In this document: positions 13,655 through 26,590 of the stretch, in pieces
Numbering within the stretch: position 1 is the first letter of the stretch
How the letters are laid out: each line of letters starts with the position of its first letter
Source: Octopus sinensis
Lineage: Eukaryota
DNA: 64,000 nt
Assembly (NCBI RefSeq): GCF_006345805.1
Contig: NC_043002.1
Location: forward strand, 63,984,001-64,048,000
Reading direction: 5' to 3'
The notes under the pieces: generated by a model
Databases searched by the model: none
What the model saw: only the letters and a program-made list of their open reading frames with translations
Told to the model about the DNA's origin: nothing
Made by a program: the position numbers and the translations under genes

Positions 13655-13739
13655 TGTGGACACCCTTATGCTAGAAATAGATCAGCTATGGTCTTAAACA
13701 TTTCTTAGTGGATCTATTTCTAACATAAGGGTGTCCACA
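13655..13739. repeat. Hairpin, 29-bp arms (28/29 complementary), 27-nt loop
   Basis: tgtggacacccttatgctagaaatagatc versus gatctatttctaacataagggtgtccaca. Confidence 0.9.
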
Positions 13740-13749
13740 TAGTCTAATA

Positions 13750-13772
13750 TGTATATATATATATATATATAT

Positions 13773-13805
<33 letters not shown>

Positions 13806-13854
13806 CATACATATATATATACATATATATATACATACATATATATATATATAT

Positions 13855-13901
<47 letters not shown>

Positions 13902-13902
13902 C

Positions 13903-13945
<43 letters not shown>

Positions 13946-14003
13946 CATACATATATATATATATATATGCATACATATATATATATATATATATAATATA
14001 TAT

Positions 14004-14047
<44 letters not shown>

Positions 14048-14048
14048 T

Positions 14049-14085
<37 letters not shown>
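13750..14085. repeat. (TA)n/(CATA) microsatellite, 5' flank of LINE
   Basis: Direct inspection. Confidence 0.95.
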
Positions 14086-14089
<4 letters not shown>

Positions 14090-16630
14090 CAGTGCCATTC
14101 TAGCAACATACTCATGATGGGAGACTTCAATCTACCCTGTGTTGACTGGACTACAAACTGTTTGAAACCAAGCACTCCCGCCTCAACCGCTGACAAAGAA
14201 GCAGCAGAGTCACTTTTTTCGACTTTACGAATGAGTTTTTCTTGTCCCAACTTGTCCTTGCACCAACAAGACATCAGAACATTTTGGACCTAGTGTTTAG
14301 TAACCACACTAACACTATACATAACGTTACAGTGGAAAAAACCCTTCTTTCAGACCATGACATGGTTCTCTGTAACATGAAATTCCACCAGCTGAAAGCT
14401 AATCCTAGTGACCTTCCTCCAGCCCACCCATTTGACAACATGGATCTCCATAATGCCAACTGGGATGCAATCAGGAACGAGCTATCACATGTTGACTGGT
14501 CCTTTACACATACACACATCTCCACCAACCATAAAACATCTTGGCAGATCTTTGTAGACACCGTCACAGACATATGTGCAAAACACTCCCCACCAAGACC
14601 TGTGAACAAAAAGTGCAGAATCCCCCAAAACAGAAAAACCATTATCAGAAAAATAAAAAGAACAAACAAAAAATTAACAAACTAAAGTACTGCCAACAGC
14701 AACACACACATTCGACGGCTATCGCACTGCTTGAATCTAAAAAATATAACCTCCAACAATGCATGAAGACCCTCATCAATAACCAAAGATCAGCTGAGGA
14801 GAAGTGGGCCATTGAAAAAATCAAACTCAACCCCAAAGTGTTCTTTTCCTTTGCGAGGAAACGCAGGGTCACTGTCTCCACTGTAGGCCCTCTAATTGAC
14901 GAAACTGGCACTCTCCAAGATAATGCCAAATCCATGGCCGAGATACTGCAGAAACAATACTGCTCTGTTTTCAGCAATCCTGATATGGCCGATCTGGGCT
15001 GTATCAGTGATGTCAACCCCCAACACACTATATCGGACATAACGTTTAGTGCCCCTGATATCTTAGCGGCGATAAACGAAATAAAACACAATTCAGCAGT
15101 AGGCCCCGATAGGTTCCCTGCTTGTGTCCTGAAGGTGTGTCGACACCAACTTGCATCTCCCCTTGCTAATCTGTGGAGAACTCACTGGATGCTGGCTATA
15201 TTCCAAAAAACCTTCTGTCCCAGTCTGTTGTCCCAGTTTTCAAAAAGGGAAACAAGTCCCTTGCAGTGAATTACCGTCCGATCTCACTCACCTCTCATAT
15301 CATCAAGGTATTTGAGAGGGTGGTGAGATCTCGAATAACCCAATTTCTGGAAAGCAACAGACGGCTGATCTCCAACCAACATGGGTTCCGTAATGGAAGG
15401 GACTGCCTAACGCAGCTCCTGCATCACTTTGAGGACATTTTGAGAGCTTTGGGAGAGGGCTCCAACACCGATGTCATCTACCTTGATTTCAGTAAGGCCT
15501 TCGACAGGGTCGATCACAAGATCCTATTGAAAAAACTATCCAACATTGGTGTCTCTGGAAAGTTACTGAAATGGATCAAGTGTTTCCTGACAGACAGATC
15601 TCAACATGTTGTAGTTGAAGGGGTAAAATCAAGCCCAGCCAAAGTCAGTAGTGGCGTTCCGCAAGGCACTGTGCTGGCCCACTTCTTTTCATCATTTACA
15701 TTAATGACATTAATGACATCATCAAGCACAGCAACATAAAAATCTTTGCAGATGACTCCAAGCTACAGAAGGTCATAAATGAGGCGAGTGACCGACATGC
15801 CTTCAGTCAGATCTACTGGCTGTTATCCAATGGGCAGAAAAAAACAATATGCTGCTGAACGAGGATAAATTTGAGCTAATCCACTTTGGAAAAGAGGATG
15901 CCCTGAAACTCCCATACTCCCTTCCTTCAGGTGAAACTCTCACGGCGTCCAACAACATCAGAGACTTGGGAGTAATTGTGGACAACAACATAAGCTGGGC
16001 CACTCATATAAACACCAAAGTTGACATGGCCCGCAGAATGTGTTCCTGGATTCTCAGAACTTTCCAGTCGAGAGATATCCACACCATTATCCTTCTCTTC
16101 TCCACTTTTGCCCGACCCCACCTTGAATACTGTTGTCCACTGTGGTCTCCCCACACAATACAAGGTATCATAAAAGTTGAAGCACCTCAAAGGGCAATCA
16201 CAAAAAAGATAGATGGCATGACAGGCCTCGACTATTGGGGTCGACTAGAAAAGCTAAAACTCTATTCTCTCCAACGTCGTCGTGAGCGCTACATCATCTG
16301 CATGATGTGAAAATATTCCATCAGCATTGCCCAAATGATGTTGGCATCACCTTCAAGGTACATCCAAGGCTTGGGCCCCGTGCCATCCGCCCAAAACAAA
16401 AATCGCACTCTCATCTCATAACAACAATACGGCACAATTATTTCACCGCAATTGGCCCCGCTCTCTTTAACATTACACCAAAACACATTAAAACAGAAAC
16501 TGACCCTATAGGGTTCAAGAAGTCTTTGGACAGATTCCTTCAAGAAATCCCGGATAAACCCCCTACACCCGGATATGTCTCTGTAAACAATAACTCTCTA
16601 CTTGAGTGGGCCATAGTGCCCAAATTCTGA
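14086..16630 (+). pseudogene. LINE ORF2 split by six -1 frameshifts
   Basis: ORF track pieces 14242-14685, 14541-15269, 15173-15739, 15849-16310 and 16307-16630 join into one frame if one base is restored at each break. Confidence 0.85.
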
Positions 16631-16720
16631 CTTGAAAGACTTCACCAGGTGGTGCTATTAAGTTAGACATGGCCTGGGCCAATAATGGCCGAAACCTATC
16701 AAAGTATCAAAGTATCAAAG
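14086..16720 (+). mobile_element. CR1/L2-type (APE-RT) LINE, 5'-truncated inside the endonuclease, with 3' (TATCAAAG)3 tail
   Basis: EN motifs MGDFNLP and PTRHQNILDLVF. RT motifs YRPISLTS, QHGFR, YLDFSKAFD, SGVPQGTV and FADD. C-terminal RPHLEYC..WSP and LQRRRER. Tail repeat at 16697-16720. Confidence 0.93.
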
Positions 16721-16953
16721 TATATACATACATATATATATATACATACATATATATATATATATACATACATATATATATATACATACATATATATATA
16801 TATATATGCATACATATATATACATATATGCATACATATATATATATATATAATATATATATACATATATATATATATATGCATACATATATATATATAT
16901 ATTTGCATACATATATATATATATGCATACATATATATATATATATATATATA

Positions 16954-17037
<84 letters not shown>

Positions 17038-17098
17038 TATATATATACATACATACATATATATATATATATATGTATATATATGTATATACATATAT
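16721..17098. repeat. (TA)n/(CATA) microsatellite, 3' flank of LINE
   Basis: Direct inspection. Confidence 0.95.
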
Positions 17099-17250
17099 AC
17101 GACGGGCTTCTTTCAGTTTCCGTCTACCAAATCCACTCACAATGATTTGGTCGGCCCGAGGTTATAGTAGAAGACATTTATCCAAGGTGCCATGCAGAGG
17201 GATTGAACCCGGAACCATGTGGTTGGGAAGCAAACTACTTACCACACAAC
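17099..17250 (-). mobile_element. SINE family A, 5' half
   Basis: cgacgggcttctttcagtttccgtctaccaaatccactcac...ttaccacacaacc. Confidence 0.85.
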
Positions 17251-17958
17251 CAATTAGAAATGGGATTAATGAATTATTCCTTATTTGCTGTGTATTCATC
17301 AAGAATCTACGATAATATCATTTCTGGCCATGTATACAGGTCGCTGCCAAACAGTATTTCCATTCCGTGTTGCTATACCATTAATTAGTGTGATATTATC
17401 AAGTACCATGTAAAAGAAAGCATACCAAAATTTCTATGATTAGACAAATACTAGGCTATAAAATACAATTCAAATTAATTCTTGGTTCGTCAAAATGATC
17501 TCCACCGCTAAATGATGTGCCACAATTATAAAAGGAGATTAATACCGGATCCAAATTAGGTGATATTATCTCACGTGTCAAGATTAATGGGCTATTAAAG
17601 AAAAGACGATAAGAGGAGAGTGGCCCTGAGCTGTTTCTGTCTCAAAAGGTGTCATCAGTTCGACATTTATGGTATCTTAAATTTAGTAGGTCAACCAACA
17701 GAGGTGTGTGCGTATGTCATTTTCTGTGCGTATCTGCGCACTAGCGCCTGTGAGTGTGTATGTGTGTCTAACTACTTTTTGGCTGCACAAAATATATCCA
17801 ACCATTTCTACAACATATATACATGCAATGTTACAAGCTTGCGTGTAATTTGTATGAATAATAATATTGATACAACTCATGCATTCGATATTGTTATTGT
17901 TACAACTAATTCTTATATTGAAACTTCTATTTTGTAATATACATACATGCATACATAC

Positions 17959-18004
<46 letters not shown>

Positions 18005-18030
18005 TATATATGTATGTATCTCTCTCTCTT

Positions 18031-18115
<85 letters not shown>

Positions 18116-18119
<4 letters not shown>

Positions 18120-18354
18120 CATAAGGGACATCAGCCATCTGAATGTGGCTAGGGACAGGGCAGGACGGTGGGGGTGTTACTGATGCATTTAGCCCCAGGC
18201 GATCATCAACGTCACCAGGAGGGCTGTTACTATCACGGTGTCCTCAGCCCTCCTGGTGACGTTGATGATCGCCTTGGGCTAAATGCATCAGTAACACCCC
18301 ACCGCCCTGCCCTGTCCCTAGCCACATTCAGATGGCTGATGTCCCTTATGTTAT
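18116..18354. repeat. Near-perfect GC-rich hairpin, ~110-bp arms, 18-nt loop
   Basis: 18116-18226 versus 18245-18354: 2 mismatches and one 1-nt indel. Confidence 0.97.
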
Positions 18355-19570
18355 GGAGCAGTTACTGTTTATATCTCGTTTAGAGAATTATTATTGCTAT
18401 ATATATATAGATATACATATATATTAATATAAGGTAATGGAGAAAATAGTGTATAATTATTTTTATTGGTATTAGGATAATAACATACCAAACCATTTAA
18501 TAAATATAGAATTAAAAGGAACATAACTTAACAGGAAAACATCATTGCAAGTGTCTACATATGTTTCAATCTGGTCATTAGGTGAACAGTGTTTCAGATC
18601 CTTAGGATTCGAAACATGTTAAGAGTTCTAGGTGTAAAAATACAGTATAACCAGATTTCATGAAAACTACACATTATAAAAAGCTAATGCTTAAATATTT
18701 TTACAAAGGAATTCAAATTGGTTGTAAAAAAAATGCTTACTGAATAAGATAGATGAGGACTTCATACTCATATATGCAAGTAATATAAGCATTAAGTTGT
18801 TAGAAAAGATAGGACAACAAAAGGTGTGGTAGGGGAGGTATTAGCTAATGAAATGACATATATATAACATTCCCCAAGACAAGCAAGACAGTAAAGGTAT
18901 TTAAACTGGTATCATGGGAGTGAATTATTGTGGTTTCCATATCGAATGCAGACGGCAGATATTGCTTAGAGTTATGAAGTAATAAGTTTGGATGGATACA
19001 GAGACATTCCCCTAGTTAAGTGCAAACATAAAATATTGCAGTATTTTTGCATACAAAAAATTAATTGATATTACTTATCTGATTTACAAGTCGCGACAGA
19101 GAACTCTGCTTCGTATTACACATTACAAAATTGTAACGACGGAAATCGATTTGAAATTCTAATTAACTGATTATATTTCTAGAAATATCTATGAACATAC
19201 TACTTCGTGTAATCAATTCATGATTGAATTAAGAAACTAGCAAAAAAACATTACTAACGATAGAACACAGTTAAATCCGTCGCATATTGGCAATTTGCCA
19301 GGAAACAACATCCAGTTTTGAGATTTTAAAACTACGGTGAAGGTTTTAAAACCTAATTTACCTTTAAATGCTTCGAGAACATCATAGGGATATTCATATT
19401 ATGGGCAATCCAGAGAACGCATGTCCTTCTTCTAATGATATACGGAAAAATCTCTAATGATGCAAAGCCAAACAGAAAGAGCACAGAACATATCCGTTCA
19501 AGTGAATATTGATGTTATTTACAATTACTTGCAATTTCTGTTAGTGCAGCGACAGTTTTTACATGTTTTT

Positions 19571-19846
19571 TTCTCTTTCTCTTTGTTCTCTTTTACTTGT
19601 ATCAGTCATTTGACTGCAGCCATGCTGGAGCACCGTCTTTAATCGAGCAACTCGACCCCGGGACTTATTCTTTTGTAAGCCCAGTGCTTATTCTATCGGT
19701 CTCTTTTGCCTAACCGCTAAGTAACGGGGACATAAACACACCAGCATCGGTTGTCAAGCAATGCTAGGGGGACAAACACAGACACACAAGCACACACGCG
19801 CATATATATATATATATTATATATATATATATATATATAATATATT

Positions 19847-19880
<34 letters not shown>

Positions 19881-20040
19881 CATATATACGACGGGCTTCT
19901 TTCAGTTTCCATCTACCAAATCCACTCACTAGGCTTTGGTCGGCCCGAGGCTATAGTAGAAGACACTTGCCCAAGGTGCCACGCAGTGGGACTGAACCCG
20001 GAACCATGCGGTTGGTAAACAAGCTACTTACCACACGCCT
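19571..20040 (-). mobile_element. SINE family A, near full length
   Basis: tRNA-like head (ggttcagtccc), central TA/CA microsatellite and aagag-repeat tail. Confidence 0.9.
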
Positions 20041-20276
20041 ATTTTTACAATATTCTCCCTCCTCTTCACCTTCTATGTGTGTTTAGTGTCGAAAATCATA
20101 AAGGTAAGAATCTTGCAGCAAAATAAACTTTACTATTTATGTAGATTAAGATGAAGCCACGTAAATGTATTATCATCAAATAAAAAAAAAAAACATAGGA
20201 ATATTAATAGCAATAGAAATAAAAATAAAAGTCATCACCCTCATCATCAGCATTATCATCATCAGCAGCAGCAGCG

Positions 20277-20309
<33 letters not shown>

Positions 20310-20364
20310 CCATCACATCATCATCATCATCATCATTATTATTATTATCATTATTATTATTATT

Positions 20365-20955
20365 GGGTCAGAGGGCGGTTCATGTCATCAAAGTAGCACT
20401 GGGGTAAAATATACAAAGCCCAATATACCCAGCATGACTTCTCGTGTGATAAGGGTACACCATGCACATGAATCACAACCATATTTGCGCAACATTAGGA
20501 ACTCATATCAACATAAACAACACATTACTTGCTAATGAGGCCCAGTTAGAATTTTCTTCAGATCGAGTAGCATCTCCCGCTCAAAATGTTCCTGAATAAA
20601 GGTTGTTTACGGATGTTGAACGAAACACCCATGATTCCAAAGGTAAATCCTTGAAATCCCAAAGAAACCTTCTCGACACATGGCTATGATGCTCCCCCAC
20701 TACTTCTACTCATGATCAGAGATGCACATATCATCAGCCCCTATGGGATATGCTCCATGGGTTAAGGTCAAACAACTGACGAGCAAATGTCTTGTACTGA
20801 GCAGAATATTTGTTGTAGCCATATTTTATGCCAAGACAAAACAATGTACCAGATAACATTTCCAGTCACAAGAGCAGAAGCCATGAGAGGCACTGCCTGA
20901 TACTGCATCTGGGCTTTTATACTGCAGCAGGTCAGTTATACTGCATCAGAGCTTT
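20365..20955. mobile_element. ~600-bp interspersed repeat D, flanked by (ATT)n/(ATC)n
   Basis: cactggggtaaaatatacaaag...ccagttagaattttcttcag is shared with 27893-28120. Confidence 0.75.
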
Positions 20956-20960
20956 TATCA

Positions 20961-21027
<67 letters not shown>

Positions 21028-21171
21028 ATTATTATTTTTATTATTATTTTATATACACACAACAGATTAGATAGTAGGAAAAATACTCTCCTAAGTGTTA
21101 TGGCTGTCATTTATGTTGTTGTTGTTGTTGCTGCTGCTTACTTACTAACTTACTACGTCATCTAGTATCAG

Positions 21172-21256
21172 ATTTACTATAGTTGAAACTGTTTCATATT
21201 CTGGTAGCAACTCAACAGAGACACTTAGAATCAATAATAATAATGATGTTTACAAG
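21172..21256 (+). other. Candidate isolated 85-nt exon (FTIVETVSYSGSNSTETLRINNNNDVYK)
   Basis: TACTAAC branch point at 21143-21149, CAG acceptor at 21169-21171, AAG|GTATTT donor and an open frame. No partner exon identified. Confidence 0.3.
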
Positions 21257-22249
21257 GTATTTGATTCAGAAATCAGAGAAAAATTGTATTCATAGTTCTT
21301 TTGACATTGATATAAAATTGCCTATTAAATCCATCACCAGTATACTCAATGAGGCATACGGAAGTAATTAGACGTTATACAATTTGTAATATTATTATCA
21401 ACGTCAATATGAATCTCAATATCAAATTCTCAACAATGAAAGATCATTTGCGTACTATTAGAACAGGAACATAAATGTATGTCTCTTCTCAAATCTGTGA
21501 AAATTAGATTTATTGAAACTGTATCCCTCCGTTTGATTTGATTTAACTAACTTATTTATATGGTTATAATGAAACTATAATTTGCATATGATTTTCATTT
21601 TGGCGAGAGAGCTTTGGGGTAAGATAACGCGTTATTTTTTTAATGCAAATCGTTGTATTGAATAATGTTAGATTGATTCCGAACTTTTATGCAGCTCACA
21701 CTCATGTAAGCATATCGCTGCCTGTTAGGTAATACACTGGTAAGCAACATCGTTTTCATGTTGGTCATAAACGAAGCTCATTATCGTATCCCTCTTCATA
21801 TTCACACACAATTCTTCGTTTTATGAAATGTATTTTACATAGATCAATGAAGTAGATTTCCGAAGAATAATTGATAACATAGCTATTGTTAATAATCTAA
21901 ATTTAATAATTATTTATTGTGATCGTTTTATTTTATTTTCATCAAATATAGGGGAACATAATCAAATTTACATGACTTTCATAAGGCTATCGATCTACTT
22001 TTTCAATGCGGATAATTGAATATATAACATGTTATTTATCACGTCACTGCGCTTTATTACATAAAACATTTCGATGCAAGATTTTATCTTAATAGTGACC
22101 AGCAGACATGGGTTTTCTTCATTATTTTGGAATTTCATTAACAAATACCACCTCAGTATATTAGAATTTGTCTGGAAATTTTGGTTCTACACGTAGGGAA
22201 AAATCAAACAATAATTGTTTCCACAGTCGAATGTACAGGACTGATGTGA

Positions 22250-22505
22250 AATAAAGTGTATTCACCGAAACACTTGACTTCACGTTGCTTCTGTACATTC
22301 AACTGTGCAAATGAGTTGCAAAGTCAGCGGTGCCAAGCTGTATCGGTATTTGCCTTTCCCTTGGGCAAAATCGGTTCCATGCAGTTTGGAGGCTACTATG
22401 TATGGAAGGATGAGGGACTTTCACGAAACAACCTTGCCTTGACTTTGGCCTCGGACCTGAACTTTCAAGATGCAAACTCATGGCCATTCGGGAATGAAGG
22501 AGGTC
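22250..22505 (+). mobile_element. SINE family B, 5' truncated and decayed
   Basis: ttcacgttgct...aaatgagttgc...ggtgccaagctgtatcgg...tttgcctttcccttgg matches the copy at 40362. Confidence 0.7.
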
Positions 22506-22559
22506 CTTACTTTAGCGTGTGTATGTGTGCGTGTGTGTACGTTTGTTGTTAAATGATAA

Positions 22560-22609
<50 letters not shown>

Positions 22610-23099
22610 CATATGTATATGTGTGAGAGAAAGAGAGAGAGAGAGGGAGAGATCGTATGTGTGTATATATACGAGTATGTATGTACTTATTACACTGTGA
22701 TATGTTGATACACGCTGTGTTGCTTTTGCGGGTTCTTGTAGGAGGAAGCCTCCAAGGAATGTTTTGATAAATTACTCCTGCCACATTTTGATCACTACCA
22801 TCGTTGTTCTTGTGAATATATCTCACATTGTGCGTACCTCAATATCAAAATATTTATAGAGAGACAGACAATGTTTCGCTGCCGTAACTAACATGTTAAA
22901 TGTCTTACTTTATCGTCATTTGATTTGCATACAGTTTGTGTTTTTGTTTTCACTGAAATGTCTGATTTCACAGAGTTGATCATCTCTCTGTAATGGCATT
23001 TCCAATAGTGTAGTCACATAATCCTTCTTTTGTGTTCATACCATTTGCAAGAGGCTTACATCTTATGCTCTCTGCTAACATTCCAGTACAAATATGAAT

Positions 23100-23780
23100 T
23101 TGTTCTACCTTTGCAATTTGTAGAGGCGTAGGCTTACCGTAAAAGCCAGACTCAAATCTAATATCATCATTGAAGTTATTAACAATAATGGGTAAAAGAA
23201 TATATAGCCATCATTCAGGCTGCCACTGTTCAGCTGGTTATTATTTGCTATTTTGGTTTCATACCCATAGTTACTGCGGTTAAGTAAAATTGCTTAGTGG
23301 TGTTAACACAATGGAGAAAAGCAGCTGAAAACGACAAGCTCCATCCGACAAGAAATAGCAGGAGCAAACACATATCTTGAGAAGTCGTGGGGCTTGCAAT
23401 TAGATGCATGATGGTGTATTTGTGAGCAGTCAGGCAGCGTTGTGAAAAGAGAAGTTATGTCCAAACCTCCATTTGGACAGGTAAGAGAGTGATGTATCAA
23501 GCAGGATAAGTAAGCACACCTATAAATGGGGTGAAAAGAAGCTATCCCAGAAAGGTTTAACAAGGATAGGTTTGGCTTACAGGCCTCAGTCATAATTCAC
23601 CGTTTTATCGTTGCTCCTTGGGACCAGGTTGTCTTAAGCTTCATTTCTAGGGACATGCTCGCGACAAAAGCTACAGGATACGAAATATTATCTGATGGGA
23701 TTGCCCAAGATGTGCGCTTGGCAAAGGAAATGTTCTCTGAGCATATAGGCAGTGACCTGTAGTTCTGACTTTTCATTTGT
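23100..23780 (-). pseudogene. Heavily decayed PLE RT relic
   Basis: Minus-strand pieces in the expected order: RSLPICSENISF, LDITSLFTTLP, KQFYLTAVTMGMKP, FNDDI. Confidence 0.4.
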
Positions 23781-25317
23781 AAGACGATTCCGGCCATTTA
23801 CTGCGTTCACTCTGAATCTTATTACATTGTACTGCTTTTATAAGGCTGCGTAAGCACATGTTTCTTGTCTGGTATGTATGGTGAAAGGGGCTGTGTAGTA
23901 GATAGATTCAGATGGATTGGGAGCAAGCATTTTTCTGCTATTAAGCATTGTAAGCTTTTGAATGTTCCACTTGAAAAGGAATATTAATGCAGAAAGTGAA
24001 ATGCTCTCTCTGTAAACTGAACCAAATATAGGTGATATTGGCGAATAGGTTTAAGGAGGAAGAATCTACACTAAAATTGTTTTCTCTATCCAAGTTGAAT
24101 TATATCTTCCATGTATTCCTATATCATTTGTTTTTCTCCTTCCTTGGCCAACCCAGATTTTGTTATTGTTGGCCTTTCATACTTATCGCACCTGATTTTT
24201 ATGTGTACTAAGACACATAATGCATACTGCTTTAAGAAAATCTCTTTCGTTACACACCTCGCTGGCAAATAAAAGCAACATTGTCATCATCATCATTATC
24301 ATCAACACCATCATTATCATCAACACCATCATTATCATCATCATCATTACCAGCAGTAGCAGCAGCAGTTTTATTGACACCTTTGAATCCGTCATGTCTT
24401 TTTCTCCTATATCAAAAAGATTTATGTGTTTCATGTCTAACGTGTATCTACATGTCCGTGGTTAATACACATTATATGCAAATCTCTTTAAATATTTACA
24501 GAAATTAGTATTGCTTTTTCCTGCGACGTATCTATATCTATCCTAATAAGTTATTCTGCACACGGGTTTATAGACTGTCATTATATCGGTCTTCCAATTA
24601 CAGATGAGTTCAATGCCTAAATATTTTAAATCAACAGCTAGGTCGCTGCAAGTAATTAACTTCTCAGCTTGCTTTAGTAACACGATATAGACGTTTGTTA
24701 AGTCCATTACCATTATTAATATACTCTTTCCATTCTTCATAGAAAATAATGTCACAAGTAAAGTGTTTTATCTGATGGTCTGTAAATTCACATTTACATA
24801 GTTAGCTTGCATTGTCATGCGGAACGTCAAGGTTATAGGGAATCTGGTTACAGGCTAAGTTTGAAATACACATTCTGAAACAATTGCGGCTAAGTTATGT
24901 AAATAAGCAGGTTAACGACTATATAAAGATTGGCTTCATTTTTTGGCACAATGTCAGCAATTTCACGCGTAACAGGTAAGTAGATTTATAAATCCTACTT
25001 ATTGACGGGTACACAGTTTAGGCAAATTTGGTCCTGGGGTCAGTGGAACTCAGCTCGTAAAGCCGAAGGGAATCTGCTAAATACTTCGTCCGATGCCCTA
25101 GGGATTCTAACATCTGACCGCCATCAGTGACTATTATATAAATCCTGGAATAAAGCAACTATTGCGAAAAGAGGAGTAATCTCATTATGGATGGTTATAC
25201 TGAAATCCTTAATCAACAACATGTAATTACCATTAATTTAAACACCCCCATCCTACTACTGTACTTGTCTTTCCTGCTACTATTCATTTACATATGCTCA
25301 TCAATGAGCTACAAGAG

Positions 25318-25510
25318 TTGTTAACACGCCGACAAAAATGCTAAGCGCCATTTCATGTCTTTACGTACTAAGCTGAAATTCTGCTGCAGTCAACTTTGCC
25401 TTTCATCCTTTCGGCGTCAAGAAATTAAGTAGCGGTTGCGTACTAGGGTTGATCTAATCGACTGGCTCCCTCCCCCTAAATTTCGGGTCTTGTGCCTAGA
25501 GTAGAAAAGA
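25318..25510 (+). mobile_element. SINE family C
   Basis: gttaacacgccg...caactttgcctttcatcctttcg...ttgtgcctagagtagaaaag. Confidence 0.8.
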
Positions 25511-25831
25511 AAATAAGTCACAGTCGATTAACGGGGACGATGAGATCGTCTAACCGCCACATTCATTGTTGCCCTTGTGTCAATTATTTTAAATAATTAC
25601 TATTATAATATCTCAAGTTGGTGGGTGGTAAGATTGCTACAGTGTCGGAAAAAAGATTTACGTTATTTCTTCTGGGTCTCTGTTCTGAGTTCGAATTATG
25701 TCGCTGTTAAATTTGTCTGTCACTTTTACAAGATTGATAAAATAGAACACACTTTGCATACTGAGACCGATGCTATCGTCTTTCAGTTCTCCTCCAAATT
25801 TGCGAGCCAATTTTATTATCAGCTTTGAGGG

Positions 25832-26037
25832 TGGTAAGGTGGCAGAATCTTTAGCACGCTGGACGCAATACTTAGCAGTAATTCGCCTGTTTCTATGTTC
25901 TGAGTTCAAATTCCGCCAAGGTGAACATTACCTTTCATCCTTCGAGGTCGATAAATTAAATACCAGTGAAACACTGGGGTCGATGTAATCGGATGTTCCC
26001 AAAATTTCAGGCCTTGTGCCTTTAGTAGAAAGGATTA
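25832..26037 (+). mobile_element. SINE family C
   Basis: ggtggcagaatctttagcacg...ttctgagttcaaattccgcc...gccttgtgcctttagtagaaaggattat. Confidence 0.85.
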
Positions 26038-26388
26038 TCATTGTCATCAGTATTACCATATTCCTAAAGGGCAATTATTACTTAGCAAAATAATCCCAGC
26101 TAAAACGGATAATCTTTTAGAAAATTATAAATCCTTACACTGATACTTATAAAGAGTTATGATTATTTGCCCACGTGTCTTCGTTGAGAATTTCAATAAG
26201 CACATTGTCGATATCGTATTCCAGCATCCAGAGAGCGGTCCGAAAATTGAAGTGCCAAGCAAAAACTACGTTCAGTCTAAAGGATTTATTTGCGTTTTAA
26301 GTAAGTACTGACATTCAGACTGGTTTAGAAAACATATATATAAAGTATATACATAATTATTATTGGTAGTAGTATATATATATGGTAG

Positions 26389-26461
<73 letters not shown>

Positions 26462-26489
26462 TTTTTCGTAATAAGATTAAAAAACTAAG

Positions 26490-26590
26490 GCTGTGTAGAT
26501 TTTAGAACATTTATAGGTAGAGGGTCTACAGCTGTTTCCAGGATATTTATTATATCTCTTCATCGGAGAAGGTGTGAAAGGATGGTTAAG
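26490..26590 (-). mobile_element. PLE pLTR relic with hammerhead-like motif at 26523-26569
   Basis: Minus strand: ttct-CCGATGA-agagatataataaatatcctg-GAAAC-agct-GTA-gacc. Homologous to 46880-46927. Confidence 0.6.

Noticed and set aside
24180-24760. Possible further R4/Dong RLE relic
   Set aside because: Only vague resemblance, and interrupted by microsatellite.
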